Source: Diadema antillarum (taxonomy: Eukaryota). Taken from it: a stretch of 64,000 nucleotides of DNA. Where the stretch lies: contig NW_027271016.1 of the NCBI RefSeq assembly GCF_040938485.1, positions 1,844,436 to 1,908,435 of the forward strand. Reading direction: 5' to 3'. A program made the translations under genes and the position numbers. The notes under the pieces were generated by a model, which was not told where the DNA came from, ran no database searches, and worked only from the letters and a program-made list of their open reading frames with translations. Of this stretch, positions 12,780-24,440 are shown one piece after another; position 1 is the stretch's first letter; each line of letters opens with the position of its first letter.

Positions 12780-13930
12780 ATGATTTGCGTGAGTTTTCAG
12801 GTTTGTCCGTGAGGCGACACACTTTTTCCAATTATTGCGTCTTTTCACTCACGCTTACTGAGTCACTTGACTCAGTAGTGAAACAGCTGAGTCAAACAGC
12901 TGAGTCAAATGACTCATTTGCGTGAGTCTTAAGTTTGTCCGTGTGGTGACACACTTTTGCCAAATATTGAGTCTTTTTACTCAGTAAAGTCACTAAATGA
13001 GTCAAGTGACTCAGTATGCTGAGTCAAGTGACTCACTGTGTGATAATCGAAACGCAAAATGATCGAAACGTCTCTTGTTCAGCATACTGATCCAGTCGCT
13101 GACCTACGCATGCAGCACGACCGTAGACGGAGTAGGGAATCAGATCCTATATCTTGTGGTAGCCTATCCCTAAAGCCAGGCTGACACTTGTACGACTTTT
13201 GGCCACGATTTTGTCGTGGCAAGTCGTGACCAACATTTTGAACAATTCAAAATTCTCGTCCCGACATGGCACGCAGGTCACGACGGGTCTACGCACACTT
13301 CATGCCAGTTTACGACTAGTTTGCGCACTGGCACGACTCGAGTCGTGACAATGCGTGCCACAGAATCGTGCAAGTGTCAGCCTGGCTTTACCTATTCCTA
13401 ACCTACTCTTAACTTATTCCTAATACCTAACTACACATCACGAGACAATGCTTCTAATATATACTCATGTCGTAAAATTGTATTCATGTATGTGGTTACT
13501 GTTTTGAAATAGATTTTCTATTCATTTATTCAAGACTTATCTTCTGATAACAGAGCTGAATATTTCATAAATTATATGAAATTATAAATATTTGAAAATT
13601 ATGCAAATTACCATCCGCGACAAAATCAGAAATACATTTCAGAAATTATTTTCTGAATAACAGTTAATTCTTTTGCTTGAAGTTATTACATGATAGATTA
13701 TAATCGTCTCATTGGACTCACATGTCTCATTTATAACAGTTACTGAGTCAAATAGAGATGATGCAATATGAGTCATCGATTTCGTGACTCATTATTGTAA
13801 TTCGGTGTGCGTCATTTTACTCGTTAGATTCGGTAAAACGAGTCTTTTTACTCAGAAGAACTTAAAAGATGTGTCACAACAGCAATGACTCAGTAGATTT
13901 GACCTAAAATGAGTCAACTGACTCGGGTAT
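12780..13930. mobile_element. Composite foldback-like element with TGAGTCA/TGACTCA-rich subrepeats flanking a central MITE
   Basis: There are two ~130-bp direct repeats at 12780..13030 (tttgcgtgagt.ttcaggtttgtccgtg.ggcgacacactttt.ccaa.tattg.gtcttttcactcag..). Related units with gagtctttttactcag recur at 13740..13930. At least 12 copies of TGAGTCA or TGACTCA occur, several as the perfect palindrome GAGTCAcTTGACTC. Confidence 0.6.
13178..13385. mobile_element. MITE-like element with ~15-bp terminal inverted repeats (CCAGGCTGACACTTG ... CAAGTGTCAGCCTGG)
   Basis: TIRs are read directly at both ends. Internal palindromes are present (cacgactcgagtcgtg). It lies between the two TGAGTCA repeat blocks. 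Confidence 0.65.
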
Positions 13931-14212
13931 TTTTTTTTTGTGCGTAACCATCCCACGGTGTCACGGCCTGGGTTGGTCAAGTTGATGGGAGATTTCCCAG
14001 TATAGGTCCAAGCCTGGCGCATTCTGACAGAAAGTAGACCGCAGTTTTTTTCGAAATGATAAAGATGTTGTTATGGTGTTACATGCTGCGACAGCTGCTG
14101 CGTGCACGAAGTTTGGGTGACGTCAAACACGGAAACACACTAGTATACGTGACATAACACAGTGAAATTCGCCCTACAAGAGATGTCTTTTTTTTAAGGT
14201 GATGGTAGAAAT

Positions 14213-14478
14213 TTAGCACTCGAGGACTACGTGCTGTTCTGCAGAAGGCAAGTCGTCTATAAGCCTCCGCGCCAATGCTACCAGCGGTGGCTCCAGGCTT
14301 TCCATCCACTGCTCTCCCTTTGCAAGACTCGCCGAGATCGTCGGCTCGAGATCGTGGAGCTCACCCAGCCTCCGCTGACGACGAATAGCGGTGATCAACT
14401 CGGCGAGGAAGAGCATGACCAACAGGGTAGCAACCAGTATCTTGTGAAGAGACTCATTTACCGCTGTGCTGTTATCAT
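14213..14478 (-). CDS. PARP4: PARP4 terminal coding exon (C-terminal MVP-interaction-like region, TAA stop at 14213..14215)
   Basis: Acceptor aacttttag|AT. The translation (N)DNSTAVNESLHKILVATLLVMLFLAELITAIRRQRRLGELHDLEPTISASLAKGEQWMESLEPPLVALARRLIDDLPSAEQHVVLEC* aligns to the human PARP4 C-terminus GRECLLDLIATMLVLQFIRTRLEKEG...AFEAIKQASEWVRRTEGQYP...LELGNDWDSATKQLLG. It starts in phase 1, joining the previous exon. Confidence 0.75.
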
Positions 14479-14563
14479 CTAAAAGTTAAAAAAAAAAGAT
14501 TATACATCATTTCCAGTAAAACTGACATTCTGTGTCGCGAGTCACAATTATCGCAGAGGCTTT

Positions 14564-14564
<1 letters not shown>

Positions 14565-14609
<45 letters not shown>

Positions 14610-14612
14610 GAA
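14565..14612. repeat. (CAA)n microsatellite
   Basis: caacaacaacaa x16. Confidence 0.9.
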
Positions 14613-14639
14613 GCACATTAGTACTCAAACAAATTATAT

Positions 14640-16160
14640 ATCAAATTGCTGGATCCACTTACTCACATATTCAACCTTTCCATACTGTCTGGAAAATGTC
14701 CCAATTCTTTAAAGATTGCTAAGGTAAACCCAGTGTTTAAGAAAGATGATTCTTGTCAAATTAGTAATTATAGACCAATTTCTATTCTTCCTAGTATTTC
14801 CAAAATTCTTGAAAAAATGATATATGATAGGTTTTATAAATTTTTGCATGATCATGCAGTTTTGAATTTACATCAATATGGTTTCCGAAAGAATTATTCT
14901 ACAGATTTGGCTTTGGTCCAGTTGTATGATCAAATTACAAACGCAATGGCAAATAGAAAACATGTTATAGGAGTTTTTATGGATTTATCTAAGGCGTTTG
15001 ATACGTTACAACATGATATTTTACTTAAAAAGTTACAGTTTTATGGTGTTCGCGGTGTTGCACTCTCGTGGTTTAGGGACTATGTATCATGTAGACAGCA
15101 ATATGTTATACATGATGACATGTCGTCAAATATTTTACCGATAAAATGTGGTGTGCCCCAGGGCTCAATATTAGCCCCCCTTCTCTTTTTGTTATATATC
15201 AATGATATTGTTAATTCGTCGTCTATATTAACATTTATGTTATGCCGATAACACGAATATTTTTTATTCCCACGATAATATAGAAACGTTGGTATCTACA
15301 CTTAATGCAGAGTTACCAAATGTATCAAACTGGTTTAAGAATAATAAATTATCACTTAGTATTGATAAAACAAATTATATTTATTTTAAGCATATGAAAA
15401 CTCACACAGATGATCTTGTAGATAATATTAGGATTGATAATGTATTTCTTGAACGTAAAAGTTCTATTAAGTTTTTAGGCATTTTTATTGATTAAAACCT
15501 AACCTGGAATGAACATATACGTTATGTTACAACCTGTATTTCTAGAAATATAGGTGTTCTTTCAAAGATGAAAAGTTATCTTCCTGAACATACTCTTTTT
15601 ATGCTTTACAATATTCTTTAATCCTACCATATATTATGTATTGCAATCTAGTGTGGAGTACAAGTTCAAAAACTAAACTCAACCCTATTTATTTACTACA
15701 AAAGAAAGCCGTTCGCATCTGTACTGGATCACAATACTTAGCCCACACCAGTTCACTTTTTTATCAGTTAAAAACACTGAATATATTTGATATAAATACA
15801 TTACATTCTTTGCTTTTTATGTTTAAGTATTTGAACAACTTACTTCCAAACATTTTTCACGATTTCTTTAAACTGAATTATACCGTTCATTCATATCCCA
15901 CTCGTAATTCGCAAAATGTTCATTTAGTAAATCCCAGATTATTAATTGCACAAAAATCTATAAGACATGATGGACATGAATACACTCCCAGATTATGTTA
16001 AATCATGTAAAACTTTATATTCTTTCAAGGATAGATTGAAAACTACATTACTGTCAATTTACAATCTATGAATATAGCATTTGAATATTTATTTTGTTTG
16101 GTTTGATCACATTTCTTTTCCTGTAAATTGGATTTAAAACTACAATAAATATACGCAATG
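14640..16160 (+). mobile_element. Degenerate CR1/L2/Jockey-type LINE 3' portion (RT and C-terminal domain, frameshifted, internal stops)
   Basis: ORF 14646..15251 has RT blocks ..NYRPISILP.., GFRKNYST, FMDLSKAFDTLQH and GVPQGSILAPLLFLLYINDI. YADN(T) appears in a shifted frame at ~15241. ORFs 15289..15495 and 15636..16001 continue the C-terminal domain. It lies just downstream of the PARP4 stop. Confidence 0.8.
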
Positions 16161-16654
16161 TTTCTGTGTCTATCATTTCATTTCATTCCCATTATCTTCA
16201 GCATCACCACTATCACTTTCATCTTCATTATCACATTTTTCTTCATCATTACCCTGAAAACATCATCATACATCATCATCATCATATCTCACGTTACTCT
16301 TATTCGTATCTATGCACTAGGAATATAAAAAACATAATGTATTTACAGTGTTTAATATTTTGTAGTATTTCTCCATTCCGCAAACAATATAATGTTTTGT
16401 GTATTATGTAGATAGGTCCCTGGGGTGCCACGTGCTCAAGCTTTTGCTTATAGTGGCAGTCCTTCTTCCGCATAATTTCTCAGATAATTATTTGGAAAAT
16501 TGGTAATACGATTTATAATTTGTTAATGAAATTAATTTACACAACGATTTTCCTTCTTTGAATCATATACTTGTAATCTGCTTACTGATATTCCATGTGA
16601 TATTACTGAAAATAATTTTGATTTATGTATGAAATTGTGTTGGAAGAATAATAA

Positions 16655-16748
16655 ATCAAACAAACAAACAAACAACAACAACAACAACAACAACAATAAT
16701 GTCCGGAAACTTCTCCGGTTACATATGTACCCTATTCAATTTTGTGCT

Positions 16749-16785
<37 letters not shown>
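16655..16785. repeat. Compound microsatellite (CAAA)n(CAA)n ... (GT)n
   Basis: caaacaaacaaacaacaacaacaacaacaacaa, then tgtgtgtgtgtgtgtgtgtgtgtgtg. Confidence 0.9.
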
Positions 16786-16954
16786 TGGCTGGCAATCTCT
16801 GGACTACCTTTAACCATCTGCTTTGTGTGCCCGGGTTGATGAGGTTGAAAAAGCAATAATATTATGATTTTCCCTTTACCATCCAATAATAACGGACAAT
16901 GAATAGGTATAATACATAATCTGATAATAACGGGTAAAAACAGGAGATACTCAC

Positions 16955-17027
16955 TTATCTTTGAGACGAGTGTCTCGATGTTCCCCGAAAAGATCTCGTA
17001 GACTGCACTAAGTTCCCAGTATCCAGC
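16955..17027 (-). CDS. PARP4: PARP4 penultimate coding exon
   Basis: Acceptor tctttcttcag|GCT and donor ATAA|gtgagt. The translation AGYWELSAVYEIFSGNIETLVSKI aligns to the human segment TEDGFWKLTPELGLILNLNTNGLHSFLKQKG. It runs phase 0 to phase 1, consistent with both neighbours. Confidence 0.7.
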
Positions 17028-17107
17028 CTGAAGAAAGACAAAAGTCCATCAATGATATAGTATTGTTACTTTAATCATGGGCTGCACGTTGAGTAAACTA
17101 TTATCTA

Positions 17108-17162
17108 AAAACAAACAAACAAACAAACAAACAAACAAACAAACAAACAAACAAACAAACAA
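17108..17162. repeat. (CAAA)n microsatellite
   Basis: caaacaaacaaa x~13. Confidence 0.9.
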
Positions 17163-18509
17163 CATCCTCCTAAGAAATACATGACAAGGCCGGCTCCTGT
17201 ATAGGTATACAATGGCCCTTGCTTTAAGTGCAGATTGGCTTAGATAAAATCCTTAGCTTTGCACATACACACTGTCCTTAAAGCCTCTGGCAGAGAAAGG
17301 GTTAAATATGACCAAAAATACGCAATAAAGATGCATTTTTCATGATTTTCGTGCGTGGATGGATGCCATGTTTTTCTTTCATCTCTCTGCACCCCCCCCC
17401 CCCCCCCGGGGCAAAAGTATTTTGTGCCCCGTAGGATGAAAGCACGTTGCATTCACATGCAATGTGAAACTCATTGTCAAAGACCTGTTATGTTATTTCT
17501 ACATTATTGATAGTATGGGGAAGAAAGAAGGTACTAGTACGTCAGACAAATTAAACCAACAGAAATTGAATTTACCATACGGTAATTGCTGAAATCATAT
17601 CAATCCGACTTCAAGGGCAATGAGAATGATATTCTTTCCAGTCGAACCTCCCCCTCCCCCTCCCCCTCGATCTCTCTCTCCCGATCATCACATACATAGG
17701 AAACCCTGCATCACTAACCATCAAAAAAACTCGCTAGGCATGGATTTTTAGTTTAAAAACAGATTCCGAAAGAGCAACCCCAAGCTTTAAAATGATGCAT
17801 TACTGAATGCAAATAAACTCTCCTAACCTATCTAAATAATGGAAAGAAAGTACACATCCTGGAATGGAGCTTACTGAGATGGGAGACCTTGAATTTAAGG
17901 GTCTATTCAAGAGTTTTGATAATCTAACCAAGCCGTACTCTGTGTTACAAACCGCACAAAATACAGGGTGTAAAACCCCAAGGCAAGCACAATGAAGGGA
18001 TTATCAAATTAAGCTGAAAATTTTCTCACTCTTTTAACATATTCTACTCAATACCACTGTAAACTTTGAAAGCAGTAGCATTATCTTTTTGAAAGTTCTT
18101 AGAGTTGAAAGTAAAGAGCGTGTACGGGTTTCTATGAACTTACAAGGAGCCTCTGAAACATATCTTATCACATTTCTCAGTGGCGGATCCAGAGGGGTGG
18201 GATCCACCGGGCTTTTTAGTGAAGAAATAAAAAAAAAAATGGGGGGGGGGGGGTTGCGTGCGCCCCCTTTAATTTAAAAAAATATATGGAATTCCTGGAT
18301 CCGCCCCTGCTTCTACTAAAAAAAAAGTGTTCTAGAAAAACACAACTTAAAATTCGTTTCATGATCCCAAACTTCCACTTTATGTAAAATAAGGGTTCTC
18401 TTTAAGAAAATACATAAACTGAAAACTGACTAGGTTCATCCATTTCACCCATTTTGAGTCCTCACGTGGAATCTTGACATGCGACTTTTTGTGATGCATG
18501 CGGTCACAG

Positions 18510-18595
18510 AACCTCTCTCTCTCTCTCTCTTACACTCACACACGCATACACGTACACGCATACAAACACACACACACACACGCACACACACACTT
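18510..18595. repeat. (CT)n then (CA)n-rich microsatellite
   Basis: ctctctctctctctct..cacacacgcatacacgtacacgcatacaaacacacacacacacgcacacacacac. Confidence 0.85.
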
Positions 18596-18784
18596 TTTTT
18601 GATAATTCTTTATTCGAATTTCGTTCAATTTCATATCATAGAAACAGGAACGTTCACAGAAACAAAACATCATACAAAGACAAACTGCATTTCACACAAA
18701 CATTGTACACAATAACATCAATCTTACCCTAGGGACAAAATACAGTAACACCAACATTGCGCAAACTTATATCAAACTTACATT

Positions 18785-18794
18785 GTAACACACA

Positions 18795-18841
<47 letters not shown>

Positions 18842-18842
18842 T
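18785..18842. repeat. (CA)n microsatellite
   Basis: cacacacccacacacacacacacacacacacacacacacacacacacaca, adjacent to the donor of the large PARP4 exon. Confidence 0.9.
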
Positions 18843-18869
18843 CCATTCGTATCATCCAAAGGTTCTTAC

Positions 18870-20137
18870 ACTGCTCTGCCGGTGCAAAATCCTGGTGACG
18901 TCCTCGGCGCTCAGCTGCTTTCGGCGGACAGTGAAAGGAAACCAAAGCGCGGAGACCTCTCGCTCTGGCTTCCTCTTGGGTTCTTCCTCTCCTCTAGAGT
19001 AAGAATCTTCCAGAAGATATAAATCATCGGCGGCGGCTGCCTTATCATCCAAAGCAGCAAACATCATGTCTTCTGCCACTGTTACTCGTGAGGGCAATCC
19101 ACTCTCAGCTAGTTCTCGCGTAGGCTTCTCATACTCCTCAATGGGTTCCCAGTACTCCTCCTCATCATCCTCACTCTCCTCATAGTATGACATACCTCTT
19201 ATGCCTTGTGTTTCTAGAAGACCCCCAGCATACGGTACATCACCTATTCTATCACGGAGTAATTTTTCTCTTCTGCCTTCGTCATCTCGTTCTGCTACCA
19301 GCGAATGTGGTAGTTGTCTCCGTGTAGAAGAAGTTAATAGAGGCGGCGGCGGAGGCGGCGGCGCCGGCGGTGGCGGCGCTATCATCGCGGCGGGGATGTC
19401 ATCACCCCCCTCCGCTATGAAATATGTTGACTCATCAAATGCGGGGGGAGGGGGCGGTGTTGGTTGCTTGGTCGATCTCTTCATGAGTTGCTCCGGCTGT
19501 GGCGGTGGCAATCCACCTGCTGGTGTTGGCGCTGGTGGCACCGCCCCTGGTAATCGCCTTGGCTCTACATATCCGAGGTAACGGGACCCGTATCCGAGCG
19601 ATGGTACTGGTGGTGGTGGTGGTGGTGGCACCGCTCCTGCGTCTGATGTTCGTTTTCGTAAAGGAAGCCGGCTCGGCAAATCTAGCCCAGATTTGAGGCT
19701 CTTGTCAAAGGCGCTGAATTGCGCGGCGCTGTCAGGAAGGCGGTCGGATTTCTCCTCCAGATCGTGAAGTCTACTCCCTCTTTCACGCAGTTCACTGGCA
19801 TCAGTGGGGATATCTATATCGCGAAAACTCGCGGGAATTTCACGTTGCTTCTTTTTCATTGGCTTCGGCTTCCTTTTCTTTTTCTTTTTTGATTTCCAGA
19901 AAGAAAATGACGGCAGCCCCAGTGCGAATCCCCGTTTTATCACTGCCCGTTTACGTGTGTCCATCTTTAGACTATCGGTTTTCAAATAATCCCTCTCTAT
20001 ATCTATCGACATGTCAATCGCCATGGATCGAAGGCGAGCTATCTCGTCATCTAAGTCAGTAAGTGGTGTGGGAAGTGGTTTGGGCGTTGGTTTGGGCCGT
20101 GGTATCATAGGTGTCACTGGCACTTGAGTAGCCTCGT
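18870..20137 (-). CDS. PARP4: PARP4 large proline-rich exon (422 codons)
   Basis: Acceptor ccttattgcag|AC in phase 1 and donor AGT|gtaaga in phase 0. The continuous ORF (track 18852..20123) reads ..KKKKKRKPKPMKKKQREIP..PPPPPPPVPSLGYGSRY..PPPPAPPPPPPPLL..EESEDDEEEYWEP... It occupies the position of the large low-complexity P/S-rich exon of human PARP4 between the vWA tail and the MVP-binding C-terminus. Confidence 0.65.
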
Positions 20138-20529
20138 CTGCAATAAGGATGATGGTTACATTGGTTAAAAAATATGCTTGTTTCGTCCCACGTATTTCTG
20201 ATTTTCACGTCTGTTAAGACAATCATAGCATAGATTTATCAAATGACTAATGAATCACATTAATATCAAGGTTAATTCTATTGCATTAAAAGTTTTTTTA
20301 TATGTGGTGGCAAAGATGAGACGCCCTAATTGTTCACCCGAGCCACACCACAGTGATGCTTGTTCATAATCAGCCTTTCACATTTACATTATTGTTATCA
20401 ACAGAAAATGTTTTAAACATAGTTAATCACCTCAATTCTCTCCCTCTCTTTGTCTTTTTATAAACGGATAGTAAATAAAGAAGTATATGTATATACATAT
20501 ATGAATTAATATGTATATTACACATTTTA

Positions 20530-20603
20530 CACATTTACAATATATATATATATATATATATATACATTTAAATTCATACGTATATCACACATTTTATACA
20601 TAT

Positions 20604-20648
<45 letters not shown>

Positions 20649-20652
20649 CAAT
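20530..20652. repeat. (AT)n microsatellites inside a duplicated ~60-bp unit
   Basis: acaatatatatatatatatatatacatttaaattcatacgtatatcacacattt is repeated with long (at)n runs. Confidence 0.85.
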
Positions 20653-21349
20653 TTAGCACGATACCATGACTTCTATTAGAAATAAATTACTGATACACGT
20701 ACTATGTTTTGAAGAAACCTATCTCAAATAATAAATGAGCCCTTTCTGCAATGATACTGCATTCATGGGCCTGTTATTTTTTTTTCTCGTCAAAATCTGA
20801 AATAAAAATCGACCCTTTCCATAACTGGGCCATCCACTAATGGGGTCAATACCTGGACTTCCCGGATGCACAGCTTGTGGTTGACCCTTCGTCATGACGT
20901 CAGACAGTCTGCAAAAATGAATACCAACAGCATGTGATTACATGATTGCATAAGAAAATATACGATAGCAAAATAAGATGCAGAAATTGCGCAAGTTGAT
21001 AACCTTTAGATTTAACTACATTATACTACGAGGAGACTGTGTTGTTTTTTTCTCACTTTGATAGTCAGGGCCGAGAAACAATTGATTTAAAGGCTGACAA
21101 AACAAGAATTTCATCGTAAATTTTCCACAAATCGCAGTGAAAGTTCTTCATTGTAGTTGTGAAATTCTATCATTCTAAAAATAAGTAAACCAGTTGTAAA
21201 CACTAACATGAAACCAACCAACTTTGATCACTAAGAAAAGATAAACTGATAGGGTTATCACTTACTTCATGTTAGCGTAGTGTGTCTCTATTTTATCAAC
21301 AATACTGAAGCAGAACTGAATCATTCATTGGCCTTAGCGGAAATTAGAT

Positions 21350-21600
21350 GCCGATTGAAAATGACTTTTAAACATTTGAACGAATTTTACATGGACGCAC
21401 TAAACAAAATGAAATAAAAATTCTTTAAAGTCTACTTACACTTTAGAAAACTGCTTAGTTCTCTTTTGCAATCCCTGATGACGATTGAAAAGGACTTTTA
21501 AACATGTGAATGTACTTAATATGAACGCATTTGAAAGCGGTTTTGAAGTTTACTTACACTTTAGAAAACTGCTTAGTTCTGTTTTCCAGTCCCTCAGAAT
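21350..21600. repeat. Tandem repeat, ~125-bp unit x2
   Basis: gattgaaaa.gacttttaaacat.tgaa.g.a.tt.a.atg.acgca... tttacttacactttagaaaactgcttagttct.ttttc.a.tccct occurs twice in tandem. Confidence 0.8.
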
Positions 21601-22439
21601 CATCATCTAGTTTTCATGCGTTTCCATGAGATGTAATACCAGTCAAACACAAATCATAATAGAAAAACAACAACAACAACAGCTGTGAATTATCCACCCA
21701 AGGGGGTTATTCATTACTCTTGTAAACCTGCCTACATATAAATTGATAAACGTTGCTTCTAAAACTTTGGATTGAACTTAATAGCATTTATTTGATTTTA
21801 TCAAATTTCATTTGAAACATGATTTAACCTCAGGTTGATAATTAACCTAATGTTCATCCACCTAAAGATAAGGCATAATACAGTGTATACATTTTGCAAA
21901 TTATATCGTACAACAATTTGTAAGAAGTACAATACAAAGTACATGTACGAATGAATGTGATAGATAATGAGAGAAATAATGCATAATTTGCCATGATGAA
22001 AAAAGTAAATTATGGCGATGGGAAAAAAGTGATCTATCCTGAAAAGCGGAGCTTGTAAGACTTGGATTATGCACTCGAAAAACAACAAATGCCAATAACA
22101 TTTATATACATATCCTATTTGTGTACGTTTTTCACTTGGGTTGATTTAATTCAACATATTGATTTGGCAAATGACCATGCTAATGCTACAATTTCCATTT
22201 TTGTCTATTTGGGGGGTTTCATTTTACATCTGAGAAGATGGCTGAATAGCCCATGTTCAGCTGCACTAGCTGGTCTACCGTGAGATCCAATTGGATGTTT
22301 TCCAATAACCCAGTTATTTTGAACATTAATTTCACGTGTATATGTATATCTACATCTATTGTTGCATACGTTGTATTTTTTCCCCTTAAACTTTTATCAA
22401 CCAAAATGTGTTATTGAAAATGAAATCTCTTTTGATAAC

Positions 22440-22735
22440 TGGATTGAATTCATTTCAAATTGAACTCTCTAAAAAAATGAGTGAAAATATTCACTCTTAT
22501 AGGAGTGAATACAAAAAAGAGTGAATTTAGAGTGAAATTGGAGTGAATTTTGAGTGAAAATGCTTATTTTCACTGATTTTGGAGTGACCTCAGGGATCAC
22601 TCCAAGATTTAGGAGTGATCCCTGAGGTCACTCCAAAACGAGTGAAAATGAACATTTTCACTCAAAATTCACTCCAATTTCACTCTAAATTCACTCTTTT
22701 TTGTATTCACTCCTTTAAGGGTGAATATTTTCACT

Positions 22736-22791
<56 letters not shown>

Positions 22792-22800
22792 GAGAGAGAA
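22440..22800. mobile_element. Foldback (hairpin) element with GAGTGAA subrepeats, followed by a T58 homopolymer and (GA)n
   Basis: Left arm 22470..22605 (gagtgaaaatattcactcttataggagtgaatacaaaaaagagtgaatttagagtgaaattggagtgaattttgagtgaaaatg...) is the reverse complement of right arm 22612..22745. The centre ggagtgacctcagggatcactcc.aagatttag.ggagtgatccctgaggtcactcc is itself palindromic. A poly-T run spans 22737..22795. Confidence 0.8.
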
Positions 22801-23414
22801 CTAATGTGAGGCGGGCCACTTAATGTACCCTGCTTTTTGCGATGAATGAATCAAGCGGAATCTCTACGTGCATGAGTTGTGACTCTTTCACACACAGGGC
22901 CTCCATTTTATGTCCAATAACCTATTCAAGGGATAATATTTTGGCGTTTACTGGAGGGGGCCGTATGATTACACAGAACATTGCTCAATTAGACTTGGGA
23001 ATTGACCCTGTGTCATTTGGATCTGGAGACCCCTACCGACTGAGACATATCACCACCTTGAACAATGGAAATAAATGCACCAAGGATCAAACGAACGTGA
23101 AAATGGACACTTGGAGCTTTGCTACAGATGTGGGAGAGTTTGCCTTCAGGAATATCCTAAATAATAAAAGTGATGCGGAATCTTAAAAGGTAGTCTCAAC
23201 TGCGATAATATACATCATATTCCCCTCTTAAGCCTACGTTACAATCTCTGTAGGAGACTGGAAGGGTTTGTGCATGCTTGTCACAAACGAAGTTATATCG
23301 AATATAGCAACTTGATGATTTGCTGTGATTTCATTTGCGTATTGTGGCCTCATTGGCTCCTGGAAATGATTCTCTATTTCATCAATACAAGTTATACAAC
23401 ATGAAGTGTCTTAC

Positions 23415-23484
23415 CGCTCACAACTGGGGGCGTAGCTACAGCAGGTCGGAGCCACTCCATCGCCTGAACTGCGTCACCTTTGAC
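23415..23484 (-). CDS. PARP4: Putative small PARP4 exon (23 codons plus 1 nt)
   Basis: Strong acceptor cacgttacag|GTC and donor AGCG|gtaaga. The translation VKGDAVQAMEWLRPAVATPPVVS(D) starts in phase 0 and ends in phase 1. It supplies exactly the phase needed between the flanking exons (24664..24813 ends in phase 0; the large exon starts in phase 1). Similarity to human PARP4 is weak. Confidence 0.5.
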
Positions 23485-24099
23485 CTGTAACGTGAACTTA
23501 GAGATCGCCAGGCAGCACTGGTATCGAACAGAAATGGAGATTTACAACAGCATGAGGCAATGAAAGTGCAACGAATGACGCCATGTACGGTTTGAATGGA
23601 AAAGTAAGATAGGAAGATAAGAGAGGAGATGTGTGTAGATTACACAAAATCTCAGATTTTTGTGTTTAGCGTGTGACAATAATTAGAGAGGGGAAGGGGA
23701 TGGTGATACAGCAAACATTTATCTGCAAAACGTTATTTATAAACCTCAGGTCACTACGCATAGAGGTAAAGATAATCATATCCTTAAAACATGAATGGTG
23801 TTCAGAGCAGGATTTCGATAGAAATACTGCGTCTGTCTTATACCAGATATCGTATTCTATTTACCACTGATTATGGTAATAATAAAAGTAGAGCAAGAAT
23901 ATAAAATACAAATTCATTCAGCGTATTGACGTTGATTGTGATAATGACGTGGCAATAGGATTAATTGTAGTAGTAGCAGATCTCCTAGGGGCACCAGTGT
24001 AGCGATTATGATGTAAAAAATGATAGCAGTAACTTTGATGAAGATGATAACAATGACAAAGATGCTACATGTACGTACTACTACAACGGTCGCACGTTA

Positions 24100-24440
24100 C
24101 GAGACCGACACCCACGAGTCATACAGCTCACAAGTCATACAGCCCATGAGTTATACAGCTCACGTTTCATACAGCCCAATAGTTAGACACTATGCTAACA
24201 AGGCCCACGAGACCGACACATTAAGCCCCCTGCTGAATCTGTCGAACTCGTGGGTTGTTTTTACCTAGTGTCGAACTCATGGACTGTATGACTCGTGAGC
24301 TGTATGACTCATGGGCTGTATGACTCGCGAGCTGTATGACTCATGGACCTGTTTTCAGTGTCGAACTCGTGGGCTGTATGACTCGTGAGCTGTATGACTC
24401 ATGGACCTCTTTTCAATGTCGAACTCGTGGGCTGTATGAC
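24100..24440. mobile_element. Foldback element built from 16-bp subrepeats (gagtcatacagc / gctgtatgactc)
   Basis: Left block 24100..24200 contains cacgagtcatacagctcacaagtcatacagcccatgagttatacagctcacg. Right block 24240..24440 contains tandem ctgtatgactcgtgagctgtatgactcatgggctgtatgactcgcgag.. in inverted orientation. Confidence 0.7.

Noticed and set aside
18852-20123. 423-aa ORF as a stand-alone proline-rich protein gene starting at 20123
   Set aside because: The M is an alternative GTG start created by the ORF caller. The segment is bounded by an acceptor (20137) and a GTAAGA donor (18870) and fits the PARP4 splice-phase chain, so it is an internal exon.
22842-23186. 114-aa + strand ORF (MNESSGISTCMSCDSF...) inside a PARP4 intron
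   Set aside because: It has no recognisable domain, no flanking splice or promoter signals and unremarkable composition, so it is probably chance. It could be a relic of a decayed transposon gene, but I could not support a call.
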